Shown here: positions 41,266 to 47,944 of the stretch, one piece after another
Layout of the letters: the number at the start of each line of letters is the position of its first letter
Numbering within the stretch: the first letter of the stretch is position 1
Origin: Parvularia atlantis
Taxonomy: Eukaryota
Direction: 5' to 3'
Length of the DNA: 47,944 nucleotides
NCBI GenBank assembly: GCA_943704415.1
Contig: CALSCO010001544.1
Coordinates: 1 to 47,944 of the forward strand
The notes under the pieces: model-generated
What the model was told of the DNA's origin: nothing
Database searches by the model: none
What the model saw: the letters and a program-made list of their open reading frames with translations, nothing else
Translations under genes and position numbers: made by a program

Positions 41266-43903
41266 ATGCTTTCGTGCGTTGTGGGCTCCACGCGTGTGCC
41301 GCTGCTCGCGACGACGATCGGCGAGGTCTTCGATCGCACGGTGCGCATGCGCCGCACCGCCTGCCGCACCGCCTGCCGTCTAGACCCCGCATTGACGACG
41401 GCCGGCCGCAGGTGCGCGCGGGCCCGCAGCGCCTCGTGATCGCCGTCTGCGACCAGCTGCATCCGCATCTGCGCCGCGATGCGCGCGCCCGTGAGCACTT
41501 TGTGCCCAACGGCGGCGGCGACCGCTGGCGGCACTTCCTCGCGCAGTCCGACAAGCTGCACGCGCGCCTGACGTACGGCGAGCTGCACGCGCTCGTGGAC
41601 CAACTGGCGCACGGTCTCTTCCAGCTCGGGCTGCGCAAGGGCGACCGGCTGGGCGTGTGGCTGCCAAACTGCTACCAGTACCTGGCGACGCAAGTGAGCG
41701 AGCGCGTGCGTGGGTCGATCATGAGCACTCACGTGCGCGCCCGATCCAGGTCGCCGCGGCCAAGCTCGGCGTCGTCCTCGTCACGATCAACCCGGGGTAC
41801 CGCGCGCCCGAGGCCGAGTTCGCCTTCCGCAAGGTCGGGCTGCGCGCGCTCATGATCACGTCCGCGGTCAAGACAAGCAACTACGTCGACATGCTGCACG
41901 GGATTCTGCCGGAACTGCGCGACGTGCGCGCGCCGGCTGCTGTGCCTGCGGATGGACCGACAGGGCGCCGCCGCGCAGCACGCCGCCGGCACGCCGCTGC
42001 GGTCGCGTGCCGTGCCGACGCTCGAGCACGTCATCTCGATTGACTTTGTGCCGGAGCGCGGCTTTGTGCCGTTCGACGAGCTGCTGGTGCAGCGCCCGAC
42101 GCCTGCACAGGTGCGTGCACGCTCTCGCGCCAGCCTGCGCGACCGACCAACCGGCCGTGCGCACCAGGACCTCGTGGGCGAGCTCACGCCGAACGAGCCG
42201 ATCAACATCCAGTTCACGTCGGGCACGACGGGTGCGTGCGTCTGCGCTTCGTCAGGCACCCCGGAAGCTGAGCGCGCGCGCGCGCGCACCAGGCAATCCA
42301 AAGGGCGCGCTCCTCTCACACCGCAACATCCTCAACAACGGTGCGGCGCTGTTTCCATCGGTGTGTGCGGCTGCCTGAAAGCGCGCCACGCGGGTGCAGG
42401 CTTCTTCGTCGGCAAGGGCATCCATCTGACCGACGCCGACCGCATCTGCGTGCCCGTGCCGCTCTACCATTGCTTCGGGATGGTCATGGGCAACCTCGCT
42501 GCGTGCGTCGTTTGTGTGATCTGCACGGCGCTGGCGCTGACATAGCGCGCAGCCTGACACACGGCGCGGCTGTCGTGTACCCGTCCGCGACGTTTGACTC
42601 GTGCGCGACGCTGGCGGCTGTCCAGGAGGAGGTGCGACGCCCCTCTTGTGTGCGCGCGCCGAGGCTGACGCGCGCCTCTGACAGCGCTGCACAGCGATCT
42701 ACGGCGTGCCGACGATGTTCATCGCCGAGCTCAACAACAAGGACTTCTGCTCGTTCGACATCGCGTCGCTGCGCAAGGGCATCATGGCCGGGAGCATTTG
42801 CCCGGTCGAGACAATGCGCGAGGTGATCGACCTGATGCACTGCACGGGCATGACCATCTGCTACGGCACGCGCGCGGCACTGTGCGCACCGTGATGCGCC
42901 TAACACCCGCGACACGCCACACAGGGCAAACCGAGACCTCGCCCGTGTCGTTTCAGACATCGGCCGACGACCCGATCGAGGCGCGCGTCGGTGCGCGGCA
43001 ACAGTGGGCCACGGCGGCGGTTCATGACGCGCTGTTGCGCCGCGGCAGAGACCGTCGGGCGGATCCACCCGCACCTCGAGTGCAAGGTGATCAACGAGGA
43101 CGGCGCGACGGTCGCGGTGGGCGAGCGCGGCGAGCTGTGCACGCGCGGATACAGCGTTATGCTCGGTGCGCTCGCGTGGCACGGCGCGCAGCCGGGCTCA
43201 CGAGCGCCGCAGGGTACTGGGACGACCCGCACAAGACGGCCGAGACGATCGACGAGGACGGGTGGCTGCACACGGGCGACCAGGCCGTGATCGACGACAA
43301 GGGCTACTGCCGCATCGTCGGTGCGTGGCCAACACCGCGCGCCTGCACGCCTAACGCACAGACGCCCCCGTCAGGGCGCATCAAGGACCTGATCATCCGC
43401 GGCGGCGAGAACATCTCGCCGCGCGAGATCGAGGTGCGCAACTGAGTGCGCCCAGCGCTATGTGCGCCCTTGAGCATCGCCCGGGCGCGCAAAGGACGTG
43501 CTGTTTGAGGACCACACCGTGCTCAACGTGTCAGTCGTGGGCGTGCCGGACCGCAAGTACGGCGAGGCCGTCTGCGCGTTTGTGATCACGAAGGAGCAGC
43601 CTGGGATGCCGGTGGTGACGCGCGAGGCCGACGCGGTCGCGATCGACCTGCAGCTGCCGCCGCCCGCGGACGACGCCGCCGCGCACCCGTACGCCGACCT
43701 CGCGCGCCGCCTGAGCCGCGCGAGCCAGGCGCGCCTCGCGCACTTCAAGGTGCCGCGGTTCTGGGTCTTCACGAGCGAGTTCCCGATGACCGTGACGGGT
43801 GCGTCGGCGTGCGCGCTCGCGACCCGCACCTCACGCTGCCGCTGCAGGCAAGGTGCAAAAGTACCTGCTGCGCGAGCACGCGGGCCGGCTGCTGCGCCTT
43901 TGA
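41266..43903 (+). CDS. ACSF2: ACSF2-like medium-chain acyl-CoA synthetase (AMP-binding), multi-exon
   Basis: [99 protein letters not shown]. Confidence 0.93.
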
Positions 43904-44216
43904 GCCGTCGCCTGTGTACGTCACGCTGAAATTGGATGACCACACGCGCTGATCAACCTGCCTTCCTTGTCATTCGTGCTCGCCGCGGCTGCGCGTCCGG
44001 CCCGTGTGCGCTTGCGCAGGGCGCGCGAGGCGGGCCGTGGGTGCCCGGCGAGGCTGCGGCCGTCGCGTCCGTGCCGTGCCGCTGATGAACTGCGCTGTGT
44101 CGCGCGCGCATGTGCAGCACGGGCGCCGCCTTCGCCGCCGCTGTCTGTTGTTGTGCGCTCACCGCGGCACGCGATCGCAGCAGCCGCCCCCACACCACCG
44201 CCGCGGCCACGCAGCC

Positions 44217-45693
44217 ATGGGCAACCTTCTGTCGCTGCGCAGCGACAAGCACACGGTCGAGACCGACATCTTTGTTGACTTTGAGAGTGCGCGCCCGCCG
44301 CGTACACAGGCCGCACACGGCCCGCCTGTTTGACCGTGTGTGCCTTTGCGCAGACGCCAAGCCGACCGAGGGCGAGGTCGACCTGTTCGAGCTCGTCAGC
44401 CAGAGCCTCGGCCAGGCGGAGCAGCTGCTCGGGCAGATCCGGGCATACACCGGCTGCGGCCCGCAGATCGCCAAGGTGCGCTTGTGCCTCGCGCACGTGC
44501 TCGTGCAACGCTCAGCGCCGCGCCGCAGGCCATCTCAAAACCCGGCAAGGAGACCGAAGAGGAGGCGTGGGCGGCGGTCGTGCCGCAGGTGGACGTGCTC
44601 AAGGGCTTTTACGAGTTCTCGCTCACGCTGGGTGCGTCGCGCGCGGCACCGTGCCGGGCCTCGATGGCTGACGCACACACGGGCAGAGGATGTCGTGTCC
44701 AAGCTGCTGTTTGCACTGTGCCACGGCGACCCGATCAAGAACCTGGAGGAGAAGCAGGCGGTGACGAAGCAGTTTGCCGACCTGCTGCACTTTGTGCTCG
44801 TGTTTGACGACCTCAAGGCACGGCTTGCGCGTGCGCCCGTCTCGCCGTGGCCGCTCACAGCCCGCCCAACGCGTGCGCACAGATGACCAACCCGGCCATC
44901 CAGAACGACTTCTCGTACTACCGGCGGACACTCAACCGCGTCAAGATGTCGGACAACGTGCGCGGCTCGCACTCAGTGCTTTCGCACGCTTCTGACGTGC
45001 GTGCGCGCAGCAAACGATGCTTGCCAACCTGAGCGTGCGCGACGAGCTGGCCAACAAGATGTCGCTCTTCTTCGCCGTGCCCACGCCGATGCTCAACGCG
45101 CTTGTCTCGATCACGAGCGACTTTGTCGGCGCGGTGCGCGGCTCGACGCAAGCGTGCGCCGACCTTGTTCTGACGCCGCGCGGCAGAACGAGAGTGTGCC
45201 GCAGGCCAACGTGTATGAGTGCTTCGCGACGATGGCGACCATCTGCCACAACGCCGTGAACGAGCCCGAGAAGGTGCGGTCTCGCGCTTGTGCTGCGTGG
45301 TGCTGACGCGCAGGCCCAGACGGCCAAGTTCACGAAGCCCGAGACGGTCGCGTTCCTGCTGCGCGTCATGGTCGGGCTCATCATCCTGTACGACCACATC
45401 AACCCGCAGGGTGCTTTTGTCAAGACGTCGGCGATCAACGTGCGTGCGCCGCCGGTCGCTGTGCCCACGCCAGGCCGACGCTCGCGCCCGCACGCCGCGT
45501 GCAGATGAAGTCGTGCATCAAGGTCGTGCAGGCACAAGGCGGCCAGCTCAAGGACGGGCTGCTGAACGCGCTGCGGTGCGCCGAGGCGTGCCGCGCGGGC
45601 GTGCGGACCCTGACGCGTCAACGCGGCAGATACACGACCAAGCATCTCAACGACGAGGACACGCCCAAGAACATCAAGCAATTGCTGGCCTGA
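44217..45693 (+). CDS. FAM49: CYRI/FAM49 (DUF1394) Rac1 interactor, multi-exon
   Basis: MGNLL myristoylation start, [76 protein letters not shown]. Confidence 0.96.
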
Positions 45694-46045
45694 GCGGGCG
45701 TTTTGCGCGTGTCTGTGCGTGTCTCCTCTGATCTCGCTCCTCCGTCTTTTGGCCTCCGTGGCACGTGTCCGTCTCTCCTCCGTCCAAGTCTCCTCAGTCA
45801 AACTAAACACAGCTAACCTTTTTTTTTTTTCCTTCTTTGTGTGCCTTCACCCAAGACGCGCCTGCGCATCCTGCTCTGTCGCCGTGGCCGAGCGTGACTA
45901 GCACTGCACGCAGCAGTCGTGGCCGTTCCCGCAACGTCGAGTTGTGGCACTGCACGCTGCGGTCTGGCCGTGGCCGTCATGACGAGTCGTGGCCGTTGCC
46001 GTCACGCCGAGGCGTGGCCGGGCGACTCACACCGCACGCGCCTGG

Positions 46046-46623
46046 CTATGGCCACGTCGCGGCAAGACCTTGCCGCTCGCGCAAGCGCGGCAGCACCTCG
46101 CGCAAGAGCGCCATGTCTAGGCCCTCAGCGGGCTGTACCACGCGTGCGCGCAGCACGGCCGGTGTTGCTGCCACCGCCACGCGTCGGGCTCGTTTGCGCG
46201 GGCCCGGCCCCGGCTCGGCGTCGGGCACTGGCGCGCGCTCGAGCTGCCCGATGTACATGTGGAGCGCGCCGAGCAGCATCGTTGCGCCATGCGCGTCGGC
46301 GAGCGCTGTGTCGACCGCGAGGGCACACCCGCCGTCCTCGATGCGCAGCGTGCCCTGCAGCGCGTCCACTTGGCGCAGCCTGCACGCCGCGCATGTCAGC
46401 CGGATCACGCGCGTGCGGATGGATGTACGCACCGGCCGTAGACGCGCGCGTACACCGTCGCCGGTGCGCCCGCGCCGCTCGCCCACGCGTGCACCTCCGG
46501 CAGTAGCAGCGGCCGCGCACTGACGATGTCGGGTGCCTGGTCAATGCGCGCAGCCGCGGGCGCGACGCGGGCGATGCTGAGCGCCGGTGCCTCGAGCCGG
46601 TGAACGCGTTCACTCCACGACAT
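46046..46623 (-). CDS. TEN1: CST complex subunit TEN1 (OB fold)
   Basis: ARVYG|RLRQVD...IEDGGCALAVDT...GALHMYIGQL...VLRARVVQPAEGLDMALL, matching remembered plant/animal TEN1 patterns (IEDGG, FIGEL, L.AR..V.G.D..L). The start is tentative. Confidence 0.75.
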
Positions 46624-46700
46624 GGAACGGAAAGTGGCACGGCGGCAGGGGCAAGGGCAGAAGCAGCACACGTACAGCAGCACGCTCACAGACGCGGATG

Positions 46701-47298
46701 CTACCGGCGCGCGGCACCGGCGGCGGCGCCACTCGCGACCGTCGCTGTCGGCGGCTGCGGGGCGCGTCGACTAAGCCGCGCCGCAACAAAGGGCACACGC
46801 GACGCACCGCTGCCGCCGGCGCCGCCGCGGCCAGACCGCGCCCGCCGTAGATCGCGTCCAGCGCCGCCATGAGCACGAGCACCTGGCGCTGGATCTCGGC
46901 GGCCTGCTCGGCCGGCGACGCGTGCGGGTGCGCCCGAACCCAGTCGACGACGTTTTGCAGAAACGCGACCTGTTGCGCCGCCGCGTCAGCGGCGCGGCCC
47001 CATGCGCACGCGCACAGCACCAACGCGGACGCGCCTTAGCCGCCTCGGCCGCTTCGGCGCCCGAGAGCTTGCGGTACGCGGCGTGGGCGAGGCGCGTGCC
47101 ATACCAGGCGTTGTAGACCTCGCGCGCGTGCGGCCCGTCGTTGACAAAGTTGAGGTTGACGAGCTGCGCCCCGCCCGGGCCCACGGTCAAGTGAGCGGCG
47201 CAGCAAGCAGCAGGCAGCCGCACCTGGTCGACCAGCCCCGCCACGGCCGGGTCCGCGCGCGCCGCCCCGAGCGCCAGGATCGGTGCGAGGGTCTCCAT
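46701..47298 (-). CDS. Hypothetical small helical protein, about 4 exons
   Basis: Consistent spliced frame METLAPILALG..LVDQ|LVNLNFVNDGPHAREVYNAWYG..AK|VAFLQNVVDWVRAHPHAS..; no family recognised. Confidence 0.6.
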
Positions 47299-47333
47299 CG
47301 TGGCCGCCGTGCTATTTCGGGAAACCGTGAAGC

Positions 47334-47944
47334 ATGACAACCTTGAACCGCGGACGCGCGGCCTTCGCGCGACAGGTGCGTCCTGCGTTGTTGTGCGTCG
47401 TGCTGCTCACCCGCCGCGCCCCGCGTCTGCAGCAAGGCGACATCGCCGCGTCGTACCCGCACCTGCGCTACCTGTACAACGCGCCGGCCGGGCCCGAGGT
47501 CGCCTACACCGTGGCCAAGCCGGTGCGCGCTGGTGGCGACGCAACGCACGGGGCAACGCGCCGACGTCGCGCGCGCGCAGCCCATGTTTGAGCTGCTCGG
47601 ATGGAACTGCCGCCACGGCAAGCTCGCGCTCTTCTCCAAGGCGCGCGTCTTCCTCGGTTTCCGCATCGCCTTGCCGTCCTGGTCCGACTGCTACGTCGGC
47701 GTGACCAAGGACAAGTTCTACTTCTACCGCGCGCTGGACGACGTGCGCGCGCAAGCCCGTGCACGCAGCCGTGCTGATGGGCGCGCGCGCAGACCTCGGC
47801 CCGGCCCGACTTTGTCTTTGACCTGGAGGACCTGCTGATCGAGGACCTGGGCGAGAGCGAGGGGCGCCCGTTCGCGTTCCGCGTGAACGAGCTGCGCGGC
47901 TCGGTGGTGCGTGCTTCTGCGCTACGCTGCGCTGTTCGGGGGGG
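47334..47944 (+). CDS. PH-domain-containing protein, truncated by window end
   Basis: HGKLALFSK..WSDCYVGVTKDKFYFYRALDD|..PDFVFDL..IEDLGESEGRPFAFRV has the strand pattern of a PH domain; exons flanked by typical introns. Confidence 0.6.

Overview
A very GC-rich, extremely compact eukaryotic genomic segment. About 28 protein-coding genes tile the 48 kb almost edge to edge and mostly alternate strand. Each is broken by many short (mostly 40-85 nt) spliceosomal introns with GTGCG-like donors, a CTGAC/CTCAC branch point and (Y)AG acceptors, so the supplied ORF track is mostly fragments and antisense shadows. All gene models below were spliced by eye. Gene order: S1/P1 nuclease (partial), ADSL, EAF7/MRGBP, GMPPB, ADI1, HACD/PHS1, A1 aspartic protease, SERRATE/ARS2, GSI-like ligase, PYROXD1, myotrophin, ALDH, ankyrin protein, a prephenate-dehydratase-like/ACT/F-box fusion, DUF4602-like RGG protein, TrpD, POP7, NAD-IDH, Nudix, cyclin C, acyl-CoA oxidase, Pkc1-like kinase, DUF72, ACSF2-like, CYRI/FAM49, TEN1, a hypothetical gene and a PH-domain gene (partial). 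The content suggests a unicellular amoeboid opisthokont (inference). The best candidate for an undescribed system is a single spliced gene (~21457-24533) that joins a degenerate prephenate dehydratase and ACT amino-acid-binding module to an F-box and a beta-rich C-terminus, possibly a metabolite-gated SCF substrate receptor. Other notable points: head-to-head genes with start codons only 11-58 nt apart, frequent GC-AG introns, a Pkc1-like kinase without C1 domains, an intron-containing eukaryotic DUF72 with a PIP/RIR-like tail, and a GS homolog with Trp at the Glu327 flap position. No rRNA, tRNA, CRISPR or mobile element was seen.
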